This document shows positions 20,160 to 29,570 of a DNA stretch of 64,000 nucleotides, piece after piece. The notes below the pieces were generated by a model that worked only from the letters and a program-made list of their open reading frames with translations, was not told where the DNA came from and ran no database searches. The translations under genes and the position numbers were made by a program. Source of the DNA: an uncultured Spirochaetaceae bacterium (GTDB taxonomy: Bacteria > Spirochaetota > Spirochaetia > SZUA-6 > RPPD01). The stretch is from assembly GCA_964514135.1 (NCBI GenBank), contig CAZEPL010000008.1:5701-69700 (forward strand), written 5' to 3'. Positions within the stretch are counted from its first letter, which is position 1, and each line of letters opens with the position of its first letter.

Positions 20160-21251
20160 ATGGCAAAAAAAGCAACAAGCACAACAGCACAGGCAACCAG
20201 TGTAGTCCATACACCGACGCGTAAACATACAACTACGCACGGTACACATAAGAAACAGCTGACCGGCAGACAAAAAGCCGCTATTTTTCTTGTCACATTA
20301 GGTTCGGAAATATCGGCCGAAATATTTAAACACCTGCGGGAAGATGAAATAGAACAACTTACATTTGAAATTGCACGTTTGGAAAGTATTGAGCCGGAAG
20401 ATAGGGATAAGGTTCTTATGGAGTTCCAAGAGCTGATGATGGCTCAGGATTTTATAACTACCGGTGGTATAGATTACGCGCGTGAGCTTCTGGAAAAAGC
20501 ATTGGGAACACAGAAGGCTGTCGATATTATTAACCGTCTTACCAGCTCACTGCAGGTACGGCCGTTTGATTTTATTAGAAGAACGGATCCTGCACACCTG
20601 TTAAACTTTATTCAACAGGAGCACCCGCAGACGATTGCTTTGATTCTGGCCTATTTAGAACCGCAGAAAGCAAGTGTTATTTTAGGGAGCTTGCCGCATG
20701 AAATCCAATCCGATGTTGCCAAACGAATTGCAACCATGGATAGAACATCACCGGAGGTACTGCGTGAGGTAGAACGTGTTCTTGAGAAAAAATTATCTAC
20801 CCTATCATCCGAAGACTATACCGCAGCCGGTGGTGTGGAAAGTATCGTTGAGATCTTAAACCTGGTAGACAGGTCTACTGAAAAAACTATTATTGAGTCG
20901 TTGGAAGAAGACGATCCTGAATTAGCCGAAGAAATCAAAAAGAGAATGTTTGTATTCGAAGATATTGTACTGCTTGATGACAGGGCGATTCAAAAGGTTC
21001 TTCGTGAAGTTGATACGACCGAACTGGCCAAGGCACTTAAAGCCGTTGATTCGGAAGTGCAGGATAAAATATTCAGAAACATGTCACGCAGAGCTTCTAC
21101 GCTGCTCAAAGAAGATATGGAATACATGGGGCCGATTCGTTTAAAAGATGTGGAAGAATCTCAGCAGAAAATTGTTGCCATTATTCGAAAACTGGAAGAG
21201 CAAGGTGAAATTGTAGTTGCACGAGCGGGTGAGGACGAACTGGTTGTATAA
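20160..21251 (+). CDS. fliG: Flagellar motor switch protein FliG
   Basis: Armadillo-like FliG middle and C domains (EHPQTIALILAYLEP...). N-terminal T/H/K-rich extension. Confidence 0.92.
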   Translation: MAKKATSTTAQATSVVHTPTRKHTTTHGTHKKQLTGRQKAAIFLVTLGSEISAEIFKHLREDEIEQLTFEIARLESIEPEDRDKVLMEFQELMMAQDFITTGGIDYARELLEKALGTQKAVDIINRLTSSLQVRPFDFIRRTDPAHLLNFIQQEHPQTIALILAYLEPQKASVILGSLPHEIQSDVAKRIATMDRTSPEVLREVERVLEKKLSTLSSEDYTAAGGVESIVEILNLVDRSTEKTIIESLEEDDPELAEEIKKRMFVFEDIVLLDDRAIQKVLREVDTTELAKALKAVDSEVQDKIFRNMSRRASTLLKEDMEYMGPIRLKDVEESQQKIVAIIRKLEEQGEIVVARAGEDELVV

Positions 21252-21285
21252 TAATGAACAAGTAATTTAGTAAAAGGAGACAACT

Positions 21286-22200
21286 TTGGCAAAGAATGTT
21301 TTTCGTCCGACAGAAGTAGTTAACGTAAATAAAAAAGTATTCATCGAACCTCCCAAAGTGATAGAAAAAGAAGAGCCCAAAGTAGTTGAAAGAACAGTAG
21401 AAGAATATACCGGCCCTTCTTTGACCGACTTAAGACAGGAAGCGGAAGAGTTTAAGGAGCGCTGGGAAGATGAACGGTCTCAGAAAATCAAAGATGCCGA
21501 AGCCGAAGCGGAACGCATTATAAAAGAAGCGGAAGCTGTGGCTTTCGAAGAGGTTAAGAAAAAGAACAATCAAGCGCAAAAGATTAAACAGGAAGCCGAA
21601 GCAGAAGCAAAGCAGACAGTTGAGAATGCCAAAAAAGAAGCTCTCGAGCTTGAAGGCGAGGTAAAGCAGCGGGTTGAACGGATAGAAAATCAGGCATATG
21701 AAAAGGGATACCGCGACGGACATGAGCAGGGTTTTAATGCGGGCAAGGATGAAGTGCAGCGACTTATCGACAGGCTGCATGTGATTATGACCAAAGCAAT
21801 AGACAAGCGTAATGAAATAATAGAAGAATCGGAAACTCAAATAATAAATTTGGTATTACTTATCGCCAAAAAGGTTATAAAAGTGATTTCAGAGAATCAA
21901 AAGAATGTTGTGATTAATAATGTTATTCAGGCGCTCCGGAAGTTAAAGAGCCGCGGTGATGTGGTAATCCGTGTTAATTTAAGTGATTTGGATCTTACCA
22001 CCGAACATATTAAGGATTTTATGAGTATGGTGGAAAATCTAAAATCCATTACTGTTTTGGAAGATTCTTCAGTTGATAAAGGCGGATGTATCATCGAAAC
22101 GGATTTCGGACAGATAGATGCACGTATTTCAAGTCAGCTGCATGAAATAGAAGAAAATATCATAGAGCTCATGCCCATACGTGCCAAAGGTGAACAGTAA
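21286..22200 (+). CDS. fliH: Flagellar assembly protein FliH
   Basis: TTG start with a good RBS. E/K/A-rich coiled coil and FliH/YscL-like C-terminal domain. Position before fliI. Confidence 0.8.
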   Translation: MAKNVFRPTEVVNVNKKVFIEPPKVIEKEEPKVVERTVEEYTGPSLTDLRQEAEEFKERWEDERSQKIKDAEAEAERIIKEAEAVAFEEVKKKNNQAQKIKQEAEAEAKQTVENAKKEALELEGEVKQRVERIENQAYEKGYRDGHEQGFNAGKDEVQRLIDRLHVIMTKAIDKRNEIIEESETQIINLVLLIAKKVIKVISENQKNVVINNVIQALRKLKSRGDVVIRVNLSDLDLTTEHIKDFMSMVENLKSITVLEDSSVDKGGCIIETDFGQIDARISSQLHEIEENIIELMPIRAKGEQ

Positions 22201-22235
22201 CAAATATTTAAACTTTAAGCGGAGGGGAACAAGCA

Positions 22236-23552
22236 TTGAATATTTTTGACAAGTATACTTCTGTTCTGGAAAAAATAGATCCCATAAAATGTACGGGTGT
22301 TGTTGAGCGTATCCGCGGTTTGCTTATCGAGAGCAATGGCCCTCAGGCTGTTGTAGGTGAGTTGTGCCAGATCTTCATTCCCAAGGGGAGCGGTGTGGTA
22401 TGGGCAGAGGTAGTGGGATTAAACGGAAAAATCGTACAACTTATGCCCTATGATGAGATGGAAGGTATCGAGGTAGGTTGTATTGTAATCGCTATGGGTC
22501 AAAATTTAACAGTCCCTGTTTCACAGAAGTTACTGGGCAGGGTGCTGGACGCCATGGGCAAACCCCTAGACGGTAAAGGCGATATCGGTTCAGCAGAGTG
22601 GTATTCGATCTTTAATACGCCGCCCCACGTGCTTAATCGCAAGAGAATATCCCAGGCCGTAGCTACGGGCGTCAGATCCATTGACGGACTGCTGACTGTG
22701 GGAAAAGGACAACGTTTGGGTATTTTTTCCGGCAGCGGTATCGGCAAATCAACCATGCTCGGCATGATCGCGCGCAATACATCTGCTGATATAAATGTAA
22801 TAGCACTTATCGGAGAAAGAGGACGCGAGGTCAGAGAATTCATTGAGAACGATTTGGGTGAAGAAGGTTTAAAGCGTTCGGTAATTATAGTGGCCTCTTC
22901 CAATAAACCCCCGCTTTCAAGGATTAGGGGTGCTTTCGTGGCAACTGCAATCGCCGAATACTTCCGCGACAGCCATAAAGATGTCATGTTGATGTTTGAC
23001 TCAGTGACCAGATTTGCCAGAGCTCAGAGGGAGATCGGGCTGGCTGTAGGAGAACCTCCGGCTAACCGGGGATTTACGCCGTCCGTTTTTTCCATGCTGC
23101 CCAAGCTTTTGGAAAGATGCGGTACATCGGAGAACGGTACCATTACGGGATTTTATACTATCCTGGTCGAAGGCGATGATATGGATGAACCGGTATCGGA
23201 TGCGGTACGGGGCATTTTGGACGGCCATCTAGTACTTGCGAGAAAGCTTGCTCAAAAGAATCATTATCCGGCGGTTGACGTTCTGCAGTCTATCTCGCGC
23301 TTAAGTGTTTATGTAACAACACCTGCAGTGCAGAAAGCAGTGGGCTATATAAAACACATGCTTGCTGTTTTTTATGAAGCGGAAGATTTAATCAATGTCG
23401 GTGCCTATGCTGCGGGATCCAATCCCGAGATTGATGAGGCAATTGAAAAAATGCCGGAGATTAATAAATTTTTAAGACAAGACATATTTGAAAAGTCGAC
23501 ATTAAAAGAAACGTTTACAGAGATCGGGAAGATAGCGGGTGTGGAATTATGA
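22236..23552 (+). CDS. fliI: Flagellum-specific ATP synthase FliI
   Basis: TTG start. Walker A (GSGIGKSTMLGMIA) and Walker B. F1/V1-ATPase beta-like fold. Confidence 0.95.
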   Translation: MNIFDKYTSVLEKIDPIKCTGVVERIRGLLIESNGPQAVVGELCQIFIPKGSGVVWAEVVGLNGKIVQLMPYDEMEGIEVGCIVIAMGQNLTVPVSQKLLGRVLDAMGKPLDGKGDIGSAEWYSIFNTPPHVLNRKRISQAVATGVRSIDGLLTVGKGQRLGIFSGSGIGKSTMLGMIARNTSADINVIALIGERGREVREFIENDLGEEGLKRSVIIVASSNKPPLSRIRGAFVATAIAEYFRDSHKDVMLMFDSVTRFARAQREIGLAVGEPPANRGFTPSVFSMLPKLLERCGTSENGTITGFYTILVEGDDMDEPVSDAVRGILDGHLVLARKLAQKNHYPAVDVLQSISRLSVYVTTPAVQKAVGYIKHMLAVFYEAEDLINVGAYAAGSNPEIDEAIEKMPEINKFLRQDIFEKSTLKETFTEIGKIAGVEL

Positions 23553-23995
23553 GGCGTTTTCAGTTTAGGCTGGAAAAGCTTTTAAAGATCAGACAGTACA
23601 GAGAGCGGGAGTGGGAGCTTAAACTGGCGGATATTACAGGACAGTGTATTGTGCTTGAAAAGAGAATATTAACAAGCAAAGATAATATTTCTCATACCTT
23701 AGACGAACGTTCTGCCTTTAGCGGTAGTATTGATATTTACGGTCTTATTGCCAATGAAATGTATATAGCACGCATGAAGCAGGATATTATAAATTCCGGA
23801 ATAGAGCTTGAGCAAAAGAAAAGAAAGAGAGAACAGGTTAAACAAAAGTTCCTTGAAGTATCAAAACAAAAGAAAATCTTGGAAAAGCTGAAACAAAGGA
23901 AAGAAGAAGAATATTACAAAGAAGCAAAAAGGGAAGAGTTTAAAAATGTCGATGAAATTAATGCGGGAGATTTAATCCGTAAACATGTTACTTAA
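23549..23995 (+). CDS. fliJ: Flagellar export chaperone FliJ
   Basis: 148 aa, all coiled coil. Overlaps the fliI stop. Canonical position. Confidence 0.75.
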   Translation: MRRFQFRLEKLLKIRQYREREWELKLADITGQCIVLEKRILTSKDNISHTLDERSAFSGSIDIYGLIANEMYIARMKQDIINSGIELEQKKRKREQVKQKFLEVSKQKKILEKLKQRKEEEYYKEAKREEFKNVDEINAGDLIRKHVT

Positions 23996-24007
23996 AAGCT
24001 AGGAGGA

Positions 24008-24619
24008 ATGAATATGGCTGAATATAGTACCATACCGATTGGACTGAGAATATTCGTTCTTATTTTGATTGTAATCCTTTTAATCATTTTAGGATTTTTT
24101 ATTTTAAACAGTTTGGGGATTGTTGATGCGCGTTTATTATTGGCGCCCATTAACAGTCTGTTTAATATCGGGCCGGAAACAAAAATAGATGTGGATGATC
24201 CCATGCTTTTAACAAAACAAAGGCTGGCTAAAGACTATGAAGCCGTTGATCTTTTACAGCAGGAAGTGGCAAAACTGCAGCTGGAGGTTGATACCAAGAG
24301 CGGTGAGATAAACCAACAAATGGAGGAGCTTACAGAGCGTGAAAAACAGTTAGAAGAACGAGAAAAATTGATTAAGCAACAAACCAAAGAGGGCGATGAT
24401 AGAAGGATACGGCTGGAACAGATGTCAAAGCAGTTTTCTGAGATGCCTCCAAAAAAAGCTGTTGAGATAATGAGCACTATGAACGTGCAGGAAGTGATTG
24501 ACATTCTTAAGGTTACCGAAGAACTGGCAGCCAAAGAAGGGGAAGCTTCTATTGTACCCTTCTGGTTAAGCGAGATGGATAAAGAAAAAGCAGCCGAGAT
24601 TCAGGAAAAGTGGAGGTAA
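24008..24619 (+). CDS. FlbB/YlxF-like flagellar protein (N-terminal TM anchor, coiled coil, MgtE-N-like C-terminal helices)
   Basis: Single N-terminal TM helix, a central coiled coil, and a C-terminal segment resembling the MgtE intracellular N-domain (AVEIMSTMNVQEVIDIL...WLSEMDKEKAAEI). It occupies the same post-fliJ slot as Borrelia flbB and B. subtilis ylxF. Confidence 0.55.
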   Translation: MNMAEYSTIPIGLRIFVLILIVILLIILGFFILNSLGIVDARLLLAPINSLFNIGPETKIDVDDPMLLTKQRLAKDYEAVDLLQQEVAKLQLEVDTKSGEINQQMEELTEREKQLEEREKLIKQQTKEGDDRRIRLEQMSKQFSEMPPKKAVEIMSTMNVQEVIDILKVTEELAAKEGEASIVPFWLSEMDKEKAAEIQEKWR

Positions 24620-24635
24620 AAACCTTCAAGGGAGG

Positions 24636-25862
24636 TTGCCTTTGGCAATGACAAACACATCTATGGTAAATATGCTGTTTAGTAAACAGGATAAAAATAT
24701 CACGGAATTACTAAGCAGCAGTCCTGGTGATAAGCTTTATGACAATAAATCTCTGAAGAATAAAGAAGCTCCGAAAGTCGATGGTAATAAAGAGCCGAAC
24801 AAAGATAAGCCGGTGTCGTTTAAAACGGTTTTGGAGAATGAGGTTAAAAAGCAGACCGGAGATAAAAAACAAAAAGACAACAATTCGATTGAAGATCTGA
24901 AAAAAAGAAAAGACATAAAACCTTTCTATATTATACCCAAAGATAAAAAGAAAACGGAATCTCTCTTAATCAAAGCGGATAAAAAAGTAGCGGAAGAACT
25001 TTTAAAGAAATTAGGTGAAGGAAAATCAATTAAGCATGAGCTGAATCACCTCGCCGTGAATCCTGAACTTTCCCCAATGCTCAAAAACAACAATACTGGT
25101 AAAAAGGGTGCGGAACTGTTAGCTAAGCAGCTCTTAAAAACAATTAAGACAGAGAACAAAAAGGAAAACAAACTTTCTGCAAACCCCCGACTTGTTGTAG
25201 TTGATTTGAGGGAGAAGGCTCCTCTTAAAAAGCATACATATAATGCAAAAAACAATAAGCTTAATAAGATCGGGTATGATCCCAAAGCGGATAAGAACGC
25301 AAACACGAAATATAACGAAAATGTTTTAGATAAAGAAGAAATAAAATTATTTACCAAGAATACCAATACCCAGGAGAGTATTGCCGAGCTTAAAACGGAT
25401 GTTCAAAACAAACACATTCCCGTAAAACAACCCAATCCGCAGTTTTCGCAATTGCAGAAAAACCTAAGCTCGGAGCTGGTAAAGCACACAAGGCTCATCA
25501 TTAAGGACGGCGGTAACGGTGAGATACGCTTGGTGCTTAAACCAAAAACGTTGGGCAGTGTGAGAGTTCGGGTAAATATTCAAGATAACAATATAGCAGG
25601 CAAAATATTTGTCGACAATAATATTGTGAAGGAACTAGTGCAGAGCAGTCTTTCCAATCTCTATAATGCGTTCAAGGAGGACGGTTTTAATCAGGCCATG
25701 ATTAATGTATTTGTGGGCAGTGAAAAGAACCAGGAGCAAGCTGAGACGGAAGATTTTGAGACTAAGCTCGCTCACGATAAATCAAGTGATTTCCGGAGTA
25801 ATGACGAAGTTATTTCAGAAGAGCTTGTATCCGTAGATTCCTTGGTGAATATAGTAGTTTAA
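24636..25862 (+). CDS. fliK: Flagellar hook-length control protein FliK (Tap1-like)
   Basis: K/N-rich disordered N-terminal part. C-terminal Flg_hook-like domain (GEIRLVLKPKTLGSVRVRVNIQDNNIAGKIFVDNNIVKELVQSSLSNL). Position immediately before flgD-flgE. Confidence 0.65.
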   Translation: MPLAMTNTSMVNMLFSKQDKNITELLSSSPGDKLYDNKSLKNKEAPKVDGNKEPNKDKPVSFKTVLENEVKKQTGDKKQKDNNSIEDLKKRKDIKPFYIIPKDKKKTESLLIKADKKVAEELLKKLGEGKSIKHELNHLAVNPELSPMLKNNNTGKKGAELLAKQLLKTIKTENKKENKLSANPRLVVVDLREKAPLKKHTYNAKNNKLNKIGYDPKADKNANTKYNENVLDKEEIKLFTKNTNTQESIAELKTDVQNKHIPVKQPNPQFSQLQKNLSSELVKHTRLIIKDGGNGEIRLVLKPKTLGSVRVRVNIQDNNIAGKIFVDNNIVKELVQSSLSNLYNAFKEDGFNQAMINVFVGSEKNQEQAETEDFETKLAHDKSSDFRSNDEVISEELVSVDSLVNIVV

Positions 25863-25873
25863 AGGAGAAAAAA

Positions 25874-26344
25874 ATGAGTGTTGAGGGTTTAAATAATTCT
25901 TTGTTATCTGAAAAAGATTTGGCAGTAACAAAACGTCTTGCCGATTCGCTGAATAAAAACGTAAATAACGGCAAAGGCTTTAAACAGATTATGGGTCAGG
26001 AAGAGTTTTTGCGCTTACTTACCGAAGAGTTTAAAAATCAGGATCCCACACAGCCCATCAAGGATCGGGATTTTATCGCTCAGATGGCACAGATTTCGCA
26101 GCTGGATCAAGTAACGAAAATGACCAAACAGATAACTGCTATGAACCAATCACTCAATAATGTATCTTTATTGATTCAAAAAAATAATGCGCTTTCCCTG
26201 TTAGGGAAAGTTGTAGATATAGTAGAGGGAGGGAAGATCATAAGTGGTACGGTAGAGGAAATAATAGGAGGGGATTTCCCTCAACTGCTTGTGAACGGAA
26301 AATACTATGACTATCAAAATGTGAGCAAGTTGCGAAATAAATAG
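25874..26344 (+). CDS. flgD: Flagellar hook assembly/capping protein FlgD
   Basis: Conserved FLRLLTEEFKNQDPTQP...FIAQMAQISQLDQV motif. Confidence 0.88.
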   Translation: MSVEGLNNSLLSEKDLAVTKRLADSLNKNVNNGKGFKQIMGQEEFLRLLTEEFKNQDPTQPIKDRDFIAQMAQISQLDQVTKMTKQITAMNQSLNNVSLLIQKNNALSLLGKVVDIVEGGKIISGTVEEIIGGDFPQLLVNGKYYDYQNVSKLRNK

Positions 26345-26356
26345 GGGGAAAAGACT

Positions 26357-27724
26357 ATGATGCGATCACTCTACTCCGGTGTAGCCGGACTACAAAACCA
26401 TCAGATCAGGATGGATGTCATTGGAAACAACGTAGCCAATGTCAATACCACGGGCTTTAAAAAAGGACGTGTAACCTTTCAGGACATGATTTCACAGATG
26501 ATATCGGGAGCGGCAAAACCTACGAATGAGGTTGGCGGTGTTAATCCCAAGCAGGTGGGTTTAGGAATGCTTATATCCGCGATCGATACCATTCACACTC
26601 AGGGAAGTCTGCAGACCACAGGAAAGAAAACGGACGTCTCAATTAGCGGTGAAGGATTATTCATTATACAGGACGGCGAACGCCGCTTTTTTACCCGTGC
26701 GGGCGCGTTTTCTCTGGATGAGAACGGTACTCTGGTAAATCCGTCCAACGGCATGCGTGTGCAGGGCTGGCTGGCTGAAAACATAGCTGGCGAAAACGTT
26801 ATTAACACTTCCGGTGATTTAAACGATATAGTCATTCCCGTGTACAGCAAGGATCTTCCCCTCGCTACGGACAATATTGTCTATAGGTGTAACCTGGATC
26901 AGCGGGCGCTACCTATAGCAGAAGGTGCAAGCCCTAAAGAAATATTAGAGAATACACATACCGCAACCATCGAGATTTTTGACTCTTTGGGCAATACTCA
27001 TGAAATGAGGCTCAATTTCAGGAAGAACCCTGACCTTAACAACAGCTGGATAGTCGCTGTAACAGTTGATGGTATCGATGCCAATGCCAATCTGGGAGTG
27101 GAAGCCGGTGGGGCAAATACCTTTACCATTAATTTTGACAATAACGGTAATATTATCTCAGTGCTTGATACTGATGGAGATACCGTAGGTGGTACTGAGG
27201 CTACAAATCTATTAGAAATATTAATTACCTACGATGTGCCGGGAACAGAACCGGCTGAAACCCAGGATTTCAGGTTGAATTTAGGTAATGCTAATATGGC
27301 AAATGGAGTAACCCAGGCAGCGGACTTCTTTACCACCAAGGCCATCAAGCAGGATGGACACGGTCTGGGCTATTTGGAAGATTTCAAAATTGATCAAAAC
27401 GGAGTGATCACAGGTGTGTACTCAAACGGAGTAGACCGCGCTCTTGGTCAGATTGCCCTGGCTACTTTTACCAATCCGGGAGGACTTGAGAAAGCCGGAG
27501 AAAACAACTACATTATTTCCAATAACTCAGGTCTGGCCCTCATCAGTCCTTCGGGAACCGAAGGAAAGGGCAGAATACTTTCCGGCACACTGGAAATGAG
27601 TAATGTGGATCTGGCCGAACAGTTTGTAGATATGATTGTAACCCAAAGAGGTTTCCAGGCCAACTCACGCTCGATCACAACATCGGATCAAATGCTGCAG
27701 GAGATCTTAACATTAAAACGATAA
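26357..27724 (+). CDS. flgE: Flagellar hook protein FlgE
   Basis: SLYSGVAGLQNHQIRMDVIGNNVANVNTTGFKK N-terminus and conserved C-terminal helices. K165 and C178 are present, the spirochete lysinoalanine cross-link positions. Confidence 0.95.
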   Translation: MMRSLYSGVAGLQNHQIRMDVIGNNVANVNTTGFKKGRVTFQDMISQMISGAAKPTNEVGGVNPKQVGLGMLISAIDTIHTQGSLQTTGKKTDVSISGEGLFIIQDGERRFFTRAGAFSLDENGTLVNPSNGMRVQGWLAENIAGENVINTSGDLNDIVIPVYSKDLPLATDNIVYRCNLDQRALPIAEGASPKEILENTHTATIEIFDSLGNTHEMRLNFRKNPDLNNSWIVAVTVDGIDANANLGVEAGGANTFTINFDNNGNIISVLDTDGDTVGGTEATNLLEILITYDVPGTEPAETQDFRLNLGNANMANGVTQAADFFTTKAIKQDGHGLGYLEDFKIDQNGVITGVYSNGVDRALGQIALATFTNPGGLEKAGENNYIISNNSGLALISPSGTEGKGRILSGTLEMSNVDLAEQFVDMIVTQRGFQANSRSITTSDQMLQEILTLKR

Positions 27725-27743
27725 GGATATATAATCGTGTAGC

Positions 27744-27941
27744 ATGATAGAAGTAACAAAGCTTGACGGAAAGATTTATTATTTAAATCCGCATCATATA
27801 GAATATATTGAGTGTAATCCGGATACGACATTGGTTATGCTTTCAGGAAGACGACTGGTGGTTAAAGATGACTACCAGTCTATTTTTAAGCGGATAATCG
27901 AGTATAGAAGACTTATCGGCGCCTTTAAAAACGAGGAGTAA
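27744..27941 (+). CDS. flbD: Flagellar protein FlbD
   Basis: 65 aa. MIEVTKLDGKIYYLNPHHIEYIE... is the classic FlbD signature. Position between flgE and motA. Confidence 0.85.
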   Translation: MIEVTKLDGKIYYLNPHHIEYIECNPDTTLVMLSGRRLVVKDDYQSIFKRIIEYRRLIGAFKNEE

Positions 27942-27946
27942 GTGGT

Positions 27947-28729
27947 ATGGATCTTGGAACAATATTAGGTGTAATTGCAGGTATCTTATTGGTTGCGTTC
28001 GGTATACTGGTTATGGGGGCCTCGCTTACCACATACATCGATCCGGCATCGGTTCTCATTACTTTCGGAGGATCATTGGCAGCTATTATGATATCTAATC
28101 CGCTGTCAAGGACGTTGGGAATATTCAGATACGTACGCCAGACCTTGAGCATACCAAGCTGGGAAGAAGAACGCATTATCTCCCGCCTGGTCGCTTTTTC
28201 GGAAAAAGCACGAAGAGACGGCCTGCTTGCTTTGGAAGATGATCTGGATGAGGTTGAAGATGAATTCTTACGCAAAGGCATTCAGCTGGTTGTTGACGGA
28301 ACGGACCCGGAGATAATTAAAAATGTTTTGTATAACGAGCTGAGTAAAATACAGGAACGTCACGGAATCGGGATAAAAGTATTTGAAGATTGGGGTAAAC
28401 TGGCGCCTGCATTCGGAATGATCGGAACACTTATCGGTCTTATCTCCATTATGGGAAATATTGAAGATAAATCCGCTATCGGTCCCGGTATGGCCACGGC
28501 ACTGCTTACCACATTATACGGAGCCTTGTTTGCCAACTTGATTCTTATTCCTATTGCTAATAAATTAGAAGATAGGGATATCGCAGAGAGCCTGATAAAA
28601 GAGATTATGATCGAAGGTATACTTTCCATTCAGCAGGGTGATAATCCGAGAATTCTTGAAGAAAAGCTCATCGCTTTTCTTCCTCCGGCTCGAAGAGAAG
28701 CTATTAAACAGGAATCAGGAAGGGATTAG
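27947..28729 (+). CDS. motA: Flagellar motor stator protein MotA
   Basis: Four TM helices and a conserved C-terminal helix region (GPGMATALLTTLYGALFANLILIPIANKL). Confidence 0.92.
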   Translation: MDLGTILGVIAGILLVAFGILVMGASLTTYIDPASVLITFGGSLAAIMISNPLSRTLGIFRYVRQTLSIPSWEEERIISRLVAFSEKARRDGLLALEDDLDEVEDEFLRKGIQLVVDGTDPEIIKNVLYNELSKIQERHGIGIKVFEDWGKLAPAFGMIGTLIGLISIMGNIEDKSAIGPGMATALLTTLYGALFANLILIPIANKLEDRDIAESLIKEIMIEGILSIQQGDNPRILEEKLIAFLPPARREAIKQESGRD

Positions 28730-28740
28730 GAGAAACAAAC

Positions 28741-29469
28741 ATGCCGTTTAAAAGAAAGAAAAAAGCAAAAGGAGAGGGTTCACCGTATTGGATGATTACC
28801 TATGGCGATATGACAACGCTTTTACTGGTTTTTTTCGTGGTTATGTTTACCACAGCCGAGATTGACGGAAGCGAACTGCGTATGATTTTAGCTGCATTTC
28901 AAGGATTGGGCGTGATGAGGGGAGGTAATACCCTTCAGGTCGGTAAACTGGCGGAACTCGGCAATAACATCATGACTCTGCCCTCGGTAGAAAGAGGAAG
29001 AGCACTGGATAAGGCACGTAAATTAGCCAAATCCATCTTCGAACCGGAGATATCGGTTCGTAAAGTAAGGTTGAAAGAAGACGAACGAGGGTTAATAATT
29101 TCACTCTCTGCAGAGCTGTTTTTTGATCCGGCGAGTGCGGTGCTGAAAATTGAAGAAGCCAGGCCCATACTTTATAAGGTAAGGGATCTCCTGCTTTCCG
29201 AAGATGTTCGTGATAAAAAAGTAAGAATAGAGGGACATACGGATGATATAAAAATGGCTCCCGATTCCGAGTTCACTACTAATTGGGATCTTTCCGCAGC
29301 ACGCAGTCTCGAGGTACTGAAGTATTTAATAGAATACGGAGTGAACGAACAAAATATGCAGGTGGCGGGTTATGCCGATACGGTCCCGGTTTCGAATAAC
29401 AGTACGGAAGAGGGCAGAGCGGATAATCGAAGGGTGGATATTGTAATATTAACAGAGGGCCATTTATAG
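28741..29469 (+). CDS. motB: Flagellar motor stator protein MotB (OmpA-like C-terminal domain)
   Basis: N-terminal TM helix with the conserved Asp (WMITYGDMTTLLLVFFVV). OmpA-like peptidoglycan-binding C-terminus (NWDLSAARSLEV...NRRVDIVI). Confidence 0.92.
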   Translation: MPFKRKKKAKGEGSPYWMITYGDMTTLLLVFFVVMFTTAEIDGSELRMILAAFQGLGVMRGGNTLQVGKLAELGNNIMTLPSVERGRALDKARKLAKSIFEPEISVRKVRLKEDERGLIISLSAELFFDPASAVLKIEEARPILYKVRDLLLSEDVRDKKVRIEGHTDDIKMAPDSEFTTNWDLSAARSLEVLKYLIEYGVNEQNMQVAGYADTVPVSNNSTEEGRADNRRVDIVILTEGHL

Positions 29470-29501
29470 AACGGCAGTTTAAAAATAAATTATTAAGTAT
29501 T

Positions 29502-29538
29502 GAGCTTTTTGCAAAAATGTTATTTTTGCAAAAAGCTC
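29502..29538. repeat. Perfect 16-bp-arm inverted repeat (GAGCTTTTTGCAAAAA-N5-TTTTTGCAAAAAGCTC) between motB and fliL
   Basis: Read directly from the sequence. Arms 29502-29517 and 29523-29538, loop TGTTA. No mismatches. Confidence 0.8.
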
Positions 29539-29570
29539 CTAATATTATATGAAGATAGAGAGGTGAGAAA

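Noticed and set aside
22499-22987. 162-aa minus-strand ORF inside fliI
   Set aside because: Antisense to the FliI ATPase core. No start context. Shadow ORF.
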